Source: Phoronis australis
Lineage: Eukaryota; Animalia; Phoronida
Length of the DNA stretch: 64,000 nucleotides
Assembly (NCBI GenBank): GCA_002633005.1
Contig: NMRA01000011.1
Span: 966,855-1,030,854 of the forward strand
Direction of reading: 5' to 3'
The translations under genes were made by a program, and so were the position numbers. The notes below the pieces were generated by a model. That model searched no databases and had not been told where the DNA came from. It saw only the letters and a list, made by a program, of their open reading frames with translations. Shown here piece by piece: positions 53,301 to 64,000 of this stretch; position 1 is the first letter of the stretch, and each line of letters begins with the position of its first letter.

Positions 53301-54506
53301 ACAATGTACCTCCAGATGAATGCTTGGCTAAGTAAATTGTTTAAATACTCAAGGAGGGGAGGACCTCTATAGAGTACACCTACACTGTTGTGATTGAAAA
53401 TATCCTACAGTATTTTCAAGAGGTCAGAGAACAAGAGGGCTAAGTAGCTAACTATAGATAATCACATACACTTGCGACTGCAAGACTGTCATCAATGAAA
53501 ATACATCCCACAAAAGAATTACGTAAAGCACATCCCTTTTAAAACGATCCCGGGGTGCTGAACTTATGAGTTAGTAAAAAATGATTTAGAAATGAACAAT
53601 GATTCCCATACACTAAATTATGGAGTGTTGAACACGCGCATTTATGAAAAATGACTTGAACTATACACTTAAAATCAAAAGTTGACCCTAAGTCCATTGC
53701 TTTGAAAATTTGGCCATCTGTTACCAACAATCAGGCTGTTGTGAACATAAAGCCTCTTCCCTCCATTCTTTCATTGGTAACAGGTTGATAATCAAGACCT
53801 CCACATAATTGATTGCCTACCAAGGCATCACAAGGTAGTGTTGTGAGGCACTGGTCGGATATAGGCCGGGTCCCTGATTTAGAGAACCAGGCAATCACTG
53901 AATAACGGGCCCATTATTTAGTGGATGAACTGGTTCTCTAAATCAGGGACCGCTACATCCGACCAGTGCCGTGTTGTGACTTAGTTAATTAAAGCTACAT
54001 ATTGCCCAATTAGGGAGTGCAACAAGCGACCAGGCAGTGCTCACTAGAAGGGGCTGGCCGAGGCCTGATGGAAGATTTGAAATATGGACCCCATTTAAAA
54101 TCCAAAATATTCCATCCCATAGGACTTTATGGTCAAGAATGGAGCCTCACTTAGCGTCACAAAGCCTTTAACATATTACTGTACTTCTTGGCAAATAGCA
54201 GGGGCCAGAGGGGGGGGGCTACTTTTTAAAGCAAAAGTTTTCGCCATACCCTTTCCTGTCCAGGTGAAGACGCTAGAGATTGAACTGATAGTTTGTATTA
54301 GTTGCATTGCAGAGCTTGAAATCAAATTCAATCGTTTCTTACCCCCTTCCCAGCAACATCCTCAGAGCGTCTAAATTGCCGTGGTACGCGGCCCAGTGCA
54401 CGGGGGTCATTCCATCTTCGTCGGGACTGTCAGCATCTTTTCGGCTCGCTTCTCTCAGAAGATCAAGGTACCCGTCCCTCGCAGCTTTATGAAATCTGTA
54501 TGTCAT
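38395..54506 (-). CDS. USH1G: Ankyrin repeat and SAM domain scaffold, USH1G (SANS)/ANKS4B orthologue, ~512 aa
   Basis: Exon 1 54343-54506 ([55 protein letters not shown], phase-2 donor gtaaga); exon 2 38395-39769 ([15 protein letters not shown] ankyrin repeats, coiled coil, IFNRPGLG central motif, SAM domain, C-terminal PDZ-binding motif DTQL). A single invertebrate gene would be co-orthologous to USH1G and ANKS4B. Confidence 0.93.
40265..41100. repeat. Copy of the 8298-9125 repeat family
   Basis: GCCACTAGGGGAGCC, GCCAAATTTCAAGAAAATT, AAAGATACAGA blocks. Confidence 0.55.
42786..43062. mobile_element. MITE-like element with inverted termini
   Basis: AATTAGTGCAACTTACCC / GGGTAAGTTGCACTAGTT (17/18); no clear TSD. 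Confidence 0.55.
53847..53970. mobile_element. Palindromic MITE, 124 bp, 9-bp TSD (Mutator- or Merlin-like)
   Basis: GGCACTGGTCGGAT...ATCCGACCAGTGCC, nearly whole element is a hairpin; perfect TSD GTGTTGTGA at 53838-53846 and 53971-53979. Confidence 0.9.
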
Positions 54507-54957
54507 TGTTCTCGCTAAGTAGTCAGGGAGAAATGCTTAAATTCATAGCAACTACAGCCGCACACACATTGACGTCTTCGCAGAGACTGACTGATTAGAT
54601 TTCGCTTCGGAAGTTCACGATTTATTGACCGATGACGTCAGATGTCAAATTCGAGACTATTACAAAACGCAAAGACCTCTAATGATACCTCTAAAAATAT
54701 ATATTTATGCCATTGTTGTCTCATAATTTTATTATTATTTTATAATCAACAAACATAATCAATACATTTGAAATAAACACAAAAGATGTATTATCTAGCA
54801 ATTTAATGTTGAGAGTATATCACGTGGAGTAATAATATGGTGGCGCCCAGTTAGAAAGTCGGTGCGGTCAACGAAGGTGTCTAAAACAACATTTTCTTAG
54901 TTAAATTTGCAACGAGGTCTCCACAACCTGTTTCTCTATAATTATTTAGACATCCCA
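54507..54957. promoter_or_regulatory. Bidirectional promoter between USH1G-like and MKRN2OS
   Basis: 451 bp between divergent ATGs; ETS/GABP-type CGGAAGT 54608-54614; full CRE TGACGTCA 54633-54640. Confidence 0.7.
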
Positions 54958-57900
54958 ATGACGAAGTCTTCAAGGTCACAGAAACTACTGTGCTTTCAGC
55001 ACTGCAAAGAGCAAAATTTGTTTTCTTTCCGAGTGCCAGATGTTTGCCCCCTCTGCGGGAGAGACACTGAAACTACAGAGTCACGCGTGCCACCCTTTCA
55101 ATTGCCTTGTCCATTTGTAGATTCCACAGACTCCAAACTCAGTATTGTTGTAAAGCCAACTTCAGGAAGCTTTCTGAGGTGAGCTTTATATAGTGGAACA
55201 TTCGTTGCATTTGGCTGTGCAGAAAATCTGTAGAAAAATTAAGAGAGAATACTGAAGTTTGAACCACAGGCACAGGTGTCCTCAGCTTCTGGGGAAAATG
55301 TTGCAGCTTTTCAGTGGCGTGCAATGTCAAAAGTACTGTTGTGGCTAATTGAAAAGTTAGAGCAGCAAATACCGTCAGAGGTCCTAAAGTCGTGAGTGCC
55401 CTAAAGTCGTGAGTGCCCTAAAGTCGTGAGTGCCCTAAAGTCGTGAGTGCCCTAAAGTCGTGAACGATCTTATTTCCTCTTCTGCGCGGTCCCGCGCTTT
55501 GAAGTTTCAAGCTGCTTACGAACGTCAAACGAATACCCGGACATGTTGGTATTCACAATATGATAACAAACAGTGTGTGAGTGGCTTCTTTTTTTCAAAT
55601 GTATCTTAAAAACAGCATATTTCACTAATCCACTTTTTTGTGAATTTTTGGGATATATTTTCGAAAATATTCATCGTTCAGATTTACTGAAACACGAGCT
55701 CCAGGGGTAGCTTGAACAATGTGTTGTAGATGTGTTTCCGGTGAATCATATGAGCCTCTGTTAGCTACTCGCTAACGGGCAATTGCCTATTAACTGAATG
55801 GTTAGCACGCTTGCCGGTTTTATGGGGGTCGCTGATTCGATTCCCGGGTGGGGGTAATCTCGGCTATTACTACAAAATGCGTAATCGGCAAACGAATGAT
55901 CTACCGATGAAGCACTGCCAACTAGTACCGGCGGACCTCGGGACGGCGCGCATGGAAGGTTCCATGAGTCAAGGACCTGTATGAGAGACTACTTTGTGTT
56001 CATCTGTGTTGTGGTGGTAAAGGTTGCCAAGGGACGTTGATGACCTGTATGCGAGGCATCCTGGTGTTCACCTTCTTGGTGGTGTGCCCGTTCCATAGGG
56101 AAGGGGGGAATGTTGTAGATGTGCTTCCGGTGAATCATATGAGCCTCTGTTAGCTAGTCGCTAACGGGCAATTGCCTATTAGCTGAATGGTTAGCACGCT
56201 TGCCGGTTTTATGGGGGTCGCTGGTTCAATTCCCGGGTCGGGTAATCTTGGCTATTACTACAAATGCATCAAAATGTCCCAGGGTCGATTAAGTTTTGTA
56301 AGGCAAAGCAATAAAATACAGAGAGATAATTGATGCTGGGTTCTTAGCTTTTTACGTAAACAACCTCATTGAAAACATCTGTGCACATCAAGGTTGGGTG
56401 CAAAACATAACAATTATTTCAATTGAAACTGAATTATAATTAACAAACCAATGCATTTTTATGCTGTCTAGAGTAACTTTAAGCACTGTAGTTGACTTGT
56501 GTGGTCTTACTTCGTGCATTTCCGTCTAAACGAAACGGTCACGACTTAAGAGCCTCATTCAAAATGGCCGGCGATAGCAGCGACCGTTTCAAAACTCTGG
56601 TTACGAAGACAAACGAGGATTAAGATTGTGAAACATGTATATTTGTGAAGGCTGATATATGTCCATGACATCACATGCGCAGTTGCTAACGGACATTGGG
56701 TAGTATGACAATCAGCTGCTTATTATGCTTATATTCACGACTTTAGGGTCACCTGTGTGTAATACAATGTATCACCTTTAGGTAAAGGCGTTAGTTAAAA
56801 AGTACAGTCTTCCTTGAGTAAACTAAATTACTTAACGATGTTGGAAAAAATGACGTTTACTGTTATTTTGCTGCTAAAATTGTGCAGCGATCTTCTGCGT
56901 TGGCTTTCGGCGCCATGAAATATTGTGTCATCTATAAGCCAGTTTCTTTTTTCGCCAATTCTTCAGTCAACTGTTGTTCTTTCACGAGGTTGCATACTCG
57001 TCAAAACAAATTATTAGAACTGGTTTCACTTCATTATAAGTTTTTAGAATTTCAATACCGAAAAACCGAATTTCAGAATAAATTTTGCTGCTGTTAAGTT
57101 GTCGCAAAAATTTAGGTAATGACGCGTGCGTGTGACACAAGCGTTCTGTTTTCAAAATGACAACATACTTTTAATTGTTGCAAAAGGTAGAGAATGACAC
57201 AAGAAAATGACGTTTTTCACTTAAAAGGTTGTAACGGGCAAGGTGAATGTCTGTTGATTCCCAGATTTTGCATGCACCCTGTCCAGTCTTTTGCTCTACA
57301 TGTTGATACAGGTTTCACGGGGAGTTGAGCAGAACTGCCCTGGCTGTGTGCAATTTCGGGGTCTATGGAAGAAAAACACAGTGTTACCTAGCTGTATTTT
57401 GACGATAATCTTCAATACAGCTAGGTGGCTGGCTAGGTTTAAACCTTCTTGCCCACCGCGTTTTTGTTTTTTCTCTAATGTTTCCATGGTATTCATTTTA
57501 CATGTGTTTGGTTTTACAGAACTTTGACTAGATAGAAAGTAACCAGATGCAAATAAATGCTTGGTGTTTCATTATTTCTTATTGGTCAGTACTCTAAGGT
57601 ATTATAATGAGTACCAATTGCCGATGAGATAAGAAATCAAGGCTGCGGTATACAGTGTTTTCCACTGTTACACTAACGAGTCTTCAATTTATCTGCATCA
57701 AGTTTAGTTACCTTGCATCAGGTTTGAGTTCTCATGGGATGAGTTTAAATTTTGGCTGTAGGAGTCCAGCACTCTGCAACAAAGCATAGTCGAGAGTTTT
57801 GATTGCAATTGCTGCTGACTTAAATCCGGATGTACTTACAGGCTCAGTACTTAAATAATCATTTTGACAATGACTATTGTTCATACTATTGCTAAGAAAA

Positions 57901-60900
57901 TTTTATCATATTTTCTTAATAACAAAACATCATGCAGTCAATTAGGTACTTTTAGTAATAATTGTTGCAGTGTGGCATTGCAACCTGTTGCATCTAAACA
58001 TCTGAAGGAAAACTTTGGTTTTGTGTAAATAAAGACTATTTGGAATTTTTAGTGACACCTAGAAACTAAAATCGGGAAATTGTTTAACTGGACAACAGGT
58101 GTGGAGAACTAAGTTAAAAGTTTGTGGAGAACACTGCTATATATCATTTACCAGATCTTCCATATGGTTTCCATATTCTCTCTCTGACTTCGCTGAAGTT
58201 AGTTTTCGGAAATGCAATAGGGTTTTTGCTGGAGTGCAACTATGTTAGAGTGTGAAAACAAGCACAAAAGTGAGAAGACAACTACTTCTTTTTTCCAACA
58301 CCAATTTTTTATAGGTTCGACTTGTCTGCTGCAGTGTTGTTGATGTGAAATTTACACGACATTCTAACTCATCAATTACTAGCTGAAATCCTATTGTTTT
58401 TCGTTGAAACTAGGCCCAAGATGATGTTGTGTACAGTGATGGCCATTTTTTAGGGATTCATTATGTAGATAGATCTTTTCAATTGGGCGGTTCCACAGCA
58501 TTACAAGAGAGAGACAATGAGTATCTGTATTGCGCTGTTTGGCTGTGCCAACTATTTTCAAGGGAAGGGCTCGTCAAACTTGAGAATGGTGGAAAAGATA
58601 GGTGGCAACCATCAATCACTGAGTTTTGGAAGTCTAGGGACAAGGCTAGCATACCACTTAGTCTCTTTGGAACAATAGTGGAAGTGGAGGCGTGTTCAAG
58701 CTATTGATTGACTGATTAAATCAGTTTTTGGCCGTAGTAAGATTGAAAACCAGATGATTGCCGCACAAATAAATAATGAATAGACGAAATGTGATTGAAC
58801 GTGAACTTTTTTATTTGTGCGGCGATCGTCCGGTTTTTTTATTGATTGACTGCTGACTAGTTGGTGTTGATCATAAACGATAAAGTGTCGACTAGTTTGA
58901 GTTAGTCACTTCATCATTCTCAACAGTACGTTCACAAGAATGTTAGACGTAATGTCAGTTTTATGGTCCAACCACTGCTGCGAAACTATGACTTGTGGTG
59001 TACTTCTGAGGCCCTTCCAGCAACTGTTACACTCATTGATTCAATAACATGCTGTAGCTGGCTCTCTGTTGACTAAGGCTGTTATACTGATTCTGTTACT
59101 ATCTCAAACTTTAACTGTATCTCAAACATTAACTGTATCTGACTTTCAACTCTTAACTGAACTCAACTAACCTGTTCCTGGTATTTATTGTCTCTTACAA
59201 TGTTCTAGAACTTTTCAACAATTCAAGCACATTCTAGAACTTTGCGCAATCTACCCAATCATTTCACAAACACAAGGCCCTTTTATTTTAATTTAACCCA
59301 GGTATGAGCAGAACCTTGACTGCAAAGTTAATTGAATTGTTCATACCAGCTTCGGCAGTTAACGACATCGAAGTAAATGGTAGGTGATGCTGTCGTCATC
59401 AAAGTAATTACAATGCGAGGTAGTGCTGATGCATCCCATGCATGCTAAGATTTTGTTAATGTGACAATTTGAGAATATTTACATTAGCAAATTGACATGA
59501 CAATTATTTCTAATTCGATTGGTGATAATTGGAACAAAATATAAGCAACTATTAGTGACGACATTGCCCATTAATTGTTGTTGATAACAGTGGCCCCTGG
59601 CGATAACTTCAATGAGATGGAAGTTGATCGTTCATACTGCACTGCAGTGTCGACGCTCCGCTGTTAAATCCACCTATTTACTGCGAAGTTAACTGCTGCT
59701 GTTAATTTCGATCAAAAACCGAAGTTAACCTTTCATACTGACTGCAACTCCCCAAAACTATGCTAGGCTTTAGAATGTTTCAGACTAGTTTAATCATTAA
59801 TATAATAGAATCTCCAGTCCCATGCCAAATTACGTTACATGGAGGTTACAAGGTATTGTTTAATTTGCAAGATCCATGCGAGGGGTGTAATCGCATCGCA
59901 TGGTCATCACCTATGGGACACTTCGCCTATGGGTCACTTTCGCCTATGGGTCACTTCTGTTGTTTTCCTTTGTTGGGTCTTTGTTGGACATAACAATACA
60001 GGTGACATGGATGTGGTACCTTGGGGCACATCAGCCCCATACTGATAAATGCTTGCCATTATCTTTATTATAAGAATGAAAGACAAAGTGAACAATGGTT
60101 ATGCCTATCTGTGGATATCTATATGACTAGCTTTTGACCAAGTTTCCCTGGTTGTAAAGAAATTGCATCATAACTGGCCTGACCTCATGGGTCATGTCTC
60201 ATGGTGAAAATGTATAAATTTTCGGAACAATCTGCAAATGTGGTATGCAGAATACTCCATTTGAAGGAGTTTTGGTGGTAAAGTGGTAGGCCTGTGTTTT
60301 ATGAAGATCTTGAGGCCTGTTGTTTTTGGGCGAATTTGTACAAAAATGCTGGTCTCAAAACATCCGTTTAAATGAAAAAGAAATATTTCATCCCTTTCAA
60401 TGCGACTGATCATTGAACAGCAGACTTAAAACTTAGGTCAAGCAAAAACTGCTTTTGAGACCTCGCTACAATGATGGAGCTAGAAAGTTTCCTATTTTGG
60501 AGTAATCCTCAGCCTGTAATCTTCTCTATCAGAATTCAGCACATGCTTGTTAGCCAAATGTCCCTGGTTTGCTAATTTGAAATCGAGCACAAAAATGTAT
60601 GTAACTACTCGGATCAAGTTGTGAAATCTTTTTAACTGCTTTGATTAATTGCTTTCATGGTTCTAAAGATAGAAGCAAAATGTGCTTGTCAGATTTAAGT
60701 TCTAACCCTGATCATTGCAAATTGTTTTCACTGCTCAAGGATATTGGATATGGAATCAGTAAACGTAACATTTAATTCCTAACTGTATCATCATGTTGTG
60801 AGGTAAATGTAATGTAGACAAGATCAACATCATGGTGACCTCCAGTAACTAGACCGTTGTAGTTAGGTGGGGATATTATTTTTCATGGCTTCATGCCTAT

Positions 60901-62493
60901 GAATTTCTTCATGGATTGTGATCTGTGCTCAAGCATAATGTTCATCAGCAGCGGAAGGTGGCTGGGAGTGTTTTTAAAAACTCTCCTCAGGGGACACACC
61001 ATCAGCAGCGGAAGGTGGCTGAGAGTGTTTTTAAAAGGCCTCTTCAGGGGACACGCCATCAGCAGCGGAAGGTGGCTGAGAGTGTTTTTAAAAAGCCTCT
61101 TCAGGGGACACGCCAAAGAAATGTGCTGACATCACAAAACGACACTGCCAGCATGAGTTAAATCCCCTTTGGCAAAATAACAGATGCTGCCACCTTTTGG
61201 GATTTCGAGCTGTTATAATATTTCTAGCAACCCTGACAAGACGTGGTTATGATTGTTCAAAACCAAGTCAGGAGTGGTAGCTATCAGAATTGTGTTCCCT
61301 TAGTTTTAAAAACTTTGTGTATTGATTGATCCTAAACTTGCCTTTTATGTTAATTTCAGGGATTATAGAGGTGGCAGTAATCTTCATATCGGACTAACAA
61401 ACTCAAGAGGTATCTTTTGTTTTCATAGTCTGTGAAACTTGTCATCGCCAAAATGTGTACCATAACTGGATTGTTTTTTGTTTTGAAATTTGGGCAACAA
61501 ATCAAATCACAATCCTCAAGTAATCGAATGGCAAGTGTTCCCAGGGTTTGTAATTGTATAACTATGAACTCATAAACGCTACAGGGAATTTCACTGTGTA
61601 TTCATTGAAAAATAATTGTAGTCTTTACTAGTAGTGTCTTAAAACTTAATTTCTATGGTGCAACTTTGAAAAATTGGTGCTTGATATAAGTAGCCCTGGA
61701 CTTTAACACAAGTATGTTGCTAAATTCCATGAGATTTTGTCTTGTTTACTTTCATTTGTTTATTCACTCACCCTTCCATCCTACTAGGTTATGTGTATGA
61801 CTTTGATGAAAATGGAGTGCACATGGGCTTGTCGGTGTGGCAGGGTTGTGTAGCAGTACCCCTCAAGATGGCACCACAATCTAGAGGCATCTGGGACCAG
61901 ACATTACATCAGTTTGCTGTCAATTGGAATCAAAGGTAATGTGTACACGTGTGGATTCATTCACAGATTATCATTAGTTTTATAATCGAAGTTGACAGGC
62001 TGGAGACCTTGTTGTATTGACAGGTTGGAAACCCTGTTGTATTGACAGGTTGGAAACCCTGTTGTATTGACAATCTAGAGACCCTGTTGTATTAACAAGC
62101 TGGAGACCTTGATGTATTGACAGGCAGGGAACACTATTGTATTGACAGGCTAGAAACCCTTTTGTGTTGACAGGCAGGAGACCCTGTTGTATTGACAGTC
62201 TGCAAAACAGACTATCCTTGATAAAAATGGCCCTGCGCCACTCTTTGAAAGAAAATGGCTCTAACGCAGGTTCATTGCTATTTTCCAGGTACACAGACTC
62301 TGAATGTAATTGTTTCACCTTTGTTCTGGAGTACCTGAAGCACTTTGGTTTGAACAGTCACTACACATGCTTGACTGACAAGGTGGAATTCTGTGAACAG
62401 ATGATCGTTCCGGAAACGGCCAAGGCGGCAAAGTACATCAGCTTACACAAGCAAGTGGAAGTGAGCGGTGTGGTCGTGCAAGATCCAAGTTAA
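54958..62493 (+). CDS. MKRN2OS: MKRN2 opposite strand protein-like (C3orf83 family), ~207 aa
   Basis: Exons 54958-55178, 61360-61409, 61788-61935, 62289-62493; phases join. Motifs FQHC..FSFRVPDVCPLC, KPTSGSFLRDY, LHIGLTNSRGYVYDF, WDQTL, Y....NCFTF, EFCEQMIVPET..A.KYISL match recalled human MKRN2OS. Confidence 0.88.
55372..56755. mobile_element. Probable non-autonomous DNA transposon hosting the TRIM
   Basis: 17-bp unit CCTAAAGTCGTGAGTGC x~4.8 at 55383-55463 with inverted copy TCACGACTTTAGGG at 56735-56748; exact ends uncertain. Confidence 0.55.
55722..56262 (+). mobile_element. TRIM (non-autonomous LTR retrotransposon) with tRNA-like sequence in its LTRs, Helenus-like
   Basis: LTRs 55722-55874 and 56111-56262 (TG...CA, about 95% identical by eye), 4-bp TSD AATG both sides, PBS-like TGCGTAATCGGCA 55878-55890, PPT AGGGAAGGGGGGAA ending 56110, A box TAGCTGAATGG and B box GGTTC(A/G)ATTCC inside LTRs, no ORF. 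Confidence 0.9.
58745..58838. repeat. Short inverted repeat (MITE remnant)
   Basis: AAAACCAGATGATTGCCGCACAAATAAA / TTTATTTGTGCGGCGATCGTCCGGTTTT. Confidence 0.65.
60943..61113. repeat. 57-bp tandem repeat x3
   Basis: CATCAGCAGCGGAAGGTGGCTGAGAGTGTTTTTAAAAGGCCTCTTCAGGGGACACGC repeated. Confidence 0.93.
61991..62201. repeat. ~26-bp minisatellite x~8 in MKRN2OS intron 3
   Basis: CCCTGTTGTATTGACAGGTTGGAAA-type unit repeated. Confidence 0.9.
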
Positions 62494-64000
62494 CAAAGAC
62501 CATGCAGCGGTTTGGTTTCACTTAGTTCCTGTTGTATTTTGATGTGGCTAGTGCTGCATTAAAAGATTGTTCCTTGAAGTTAAATTTGGATTTTGACCTG
62601 GTTGTCGTTAAACTTTGATTTCTACCACGATGTCGAAGTTTAAATCCATTTTTATGAAATCACCATTTCCCATCGAGGAAAATTTGTTAATTAATGATAG
62701 AAAGCTGAAAGCTAAATTTTGTTTCTTGCAACAATTTTTGTTTGTTTACCACATGCCTTCCAATTCTAAGTGAGCCACTTTATGGGTGTTGTTGTCATAT
62801 TTTTTACAGTTGTGAATTGGTCTGTTAAGAAGTGTAGCCATGCATTATTGCAGTTTTATTTTTTTTCTCCAGAGGCTTATAATTACTTTTTAGATGGTCC
62901 ACTGATTTGTGTTGAAAGCTATGTTGGTAACAAACTTTAAAAAGTAATTCTGGATAATGAAGTGCCAGTGATATAACAAGCACAAAAATATCATGAATAT
63001 GTTTGTGTTTGATTTAACATTTCTATTGTCAGCTTGCCATAAAGTTTGACCTTATTGTCAAATTGCAACAATTCTTTGCACTGCAATTTAGTCTAGTCAT
63101 TGTGGTTTGGGTCTACCTAGATCAGTTAAAAAATCCAATATCGAGGGTAGGTAACAGTGTTATTTACTATTTTTATATGTAGGGAAAACTGGGGATAGTT
63201 GGACATCAGGGCACAAACCCTGGTCTCTCCTGCAATATGTTGAAAGTTTTGTCTCCTGATGAAGCAACCTTCTGTTGTCTCCTTTGCAACACACATGCTC
63301 TCCTTTTTAACACGCTTGTACCCTTTTCATCTCTTGCAAACATTCATTTGTTACATTTCACCTCTGGCATCGCTGACAATCTTTGACTTTGTTGAGAAAA
63401 TGATAGTCAGTTTCATTCATACATTGTGGCATCTTCTTTGGAACCTATTCTTTTGAATACCAATGTTTTCTGACAACAACAGCCAATCCTCTCTTAGCTC
63501 AAATGATGTTTTCAAAACTCTTGTTCTCTCAGTAAGCTGCGTAAACTTTACAATGACCCAAGAGCACCTGGCTTTTTGGTTGCACTTGGTTTAGCCAGTT
63601 TGTGAGTTAGCAATCTCAGCAGTATTTACAAACTCATGAGAGAGATTTAGTTTGTCCCTCAAAAAAAATTGGCCGGGTTATCTCCATGTTCCACGACCTC
63701 TTTCCCTGCCTCAGGTATACAGTACATTAGCAGGTTCTATTTTCTGCTACGCCACTCGTATGACAGTCACTTGCTTTTCTAAGGTTTTAAACTGTTTGTC
63801 AGTGTCATGCTACTGGACTTCTGACAGCTTAGATTGGATACTACTGAATTTCACAGATAAGATATCCCAAGACTGTTCGACTCCACTCGCTCTCTTTCCA
63901 AGTGCTACAATTTACTGTTTATAGTGTTTTCAAGCTTCTCATTAGACAGCACAATCACTTCTTTGATATCTGATAACGCCACTTCGTCTTGTGCCTGGTG

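Noticed and set aside
44000-53500. Nested gene in the 14.6-kb SANS intron (short ORFs at 47001, 48049 etc.)
   Set aside because: ORFs are short, lack recognisable domains and show no consistent exon chain.
55383-55463. CRISPR-like appearance of short repeats (also 30757-31035, 2807-3073)
   Set aside because: Units are contiguous with no unique spacers, no cas genes, eukaryotic context.
55785-55855. tRNA gene calls at 55785-55855 and 56174-56243
   Set aside because: A/B boxes present but acceptor and anticodon stems are poor, and both copies lie inside TRIM LTRs.
60883-61161. Overlapping repetitive ORFs on both strands
   Set aside because: Consequence of a 57-bp (3n) tandem repeat.

Overview
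AT-rich, intron-rich eukaryotic (invertebrate, probably lophotrochozoan/mollusc-like; organism not provable from sequence) genomic DNA. Four spliced genes were reconstructed by hand with GT-AG junctions and continuous reading phase: USP7 (minus, 18 exons in window, runs off the left edge), HAPSTR1/C16orf72 (plus, 4 exons), a USH1G/ANKS4B (SANS) orthologue (minus, 2 exons, 14.6 kb intron) and MKRN2OS (plus, 4 exons). They form two head-to-head pairs (USP7/HAPSTR1, SANS/MKRN2OS) and one tail-to-tail junction. Two N-separated duplications around the USP7/HAPSTR1 promoter look like uncollapsed haplotypes. Introns contain a decayed RNase H-bearing LINE, several MITEs with TIRs/TSDs, minisatellites, and an intact 541-bp TRIM whose LTRs carry a tRNA-like Pol III promoter (Helenus-like). 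Most notable: the compact bidirectional USP7-HAPSTR1 pair, the tRNA-LTR TRIM, a likely permuted-papain His/Cys dyad in MKRN2OS, and repeated tandem duplications that copy USP7 splice sites.
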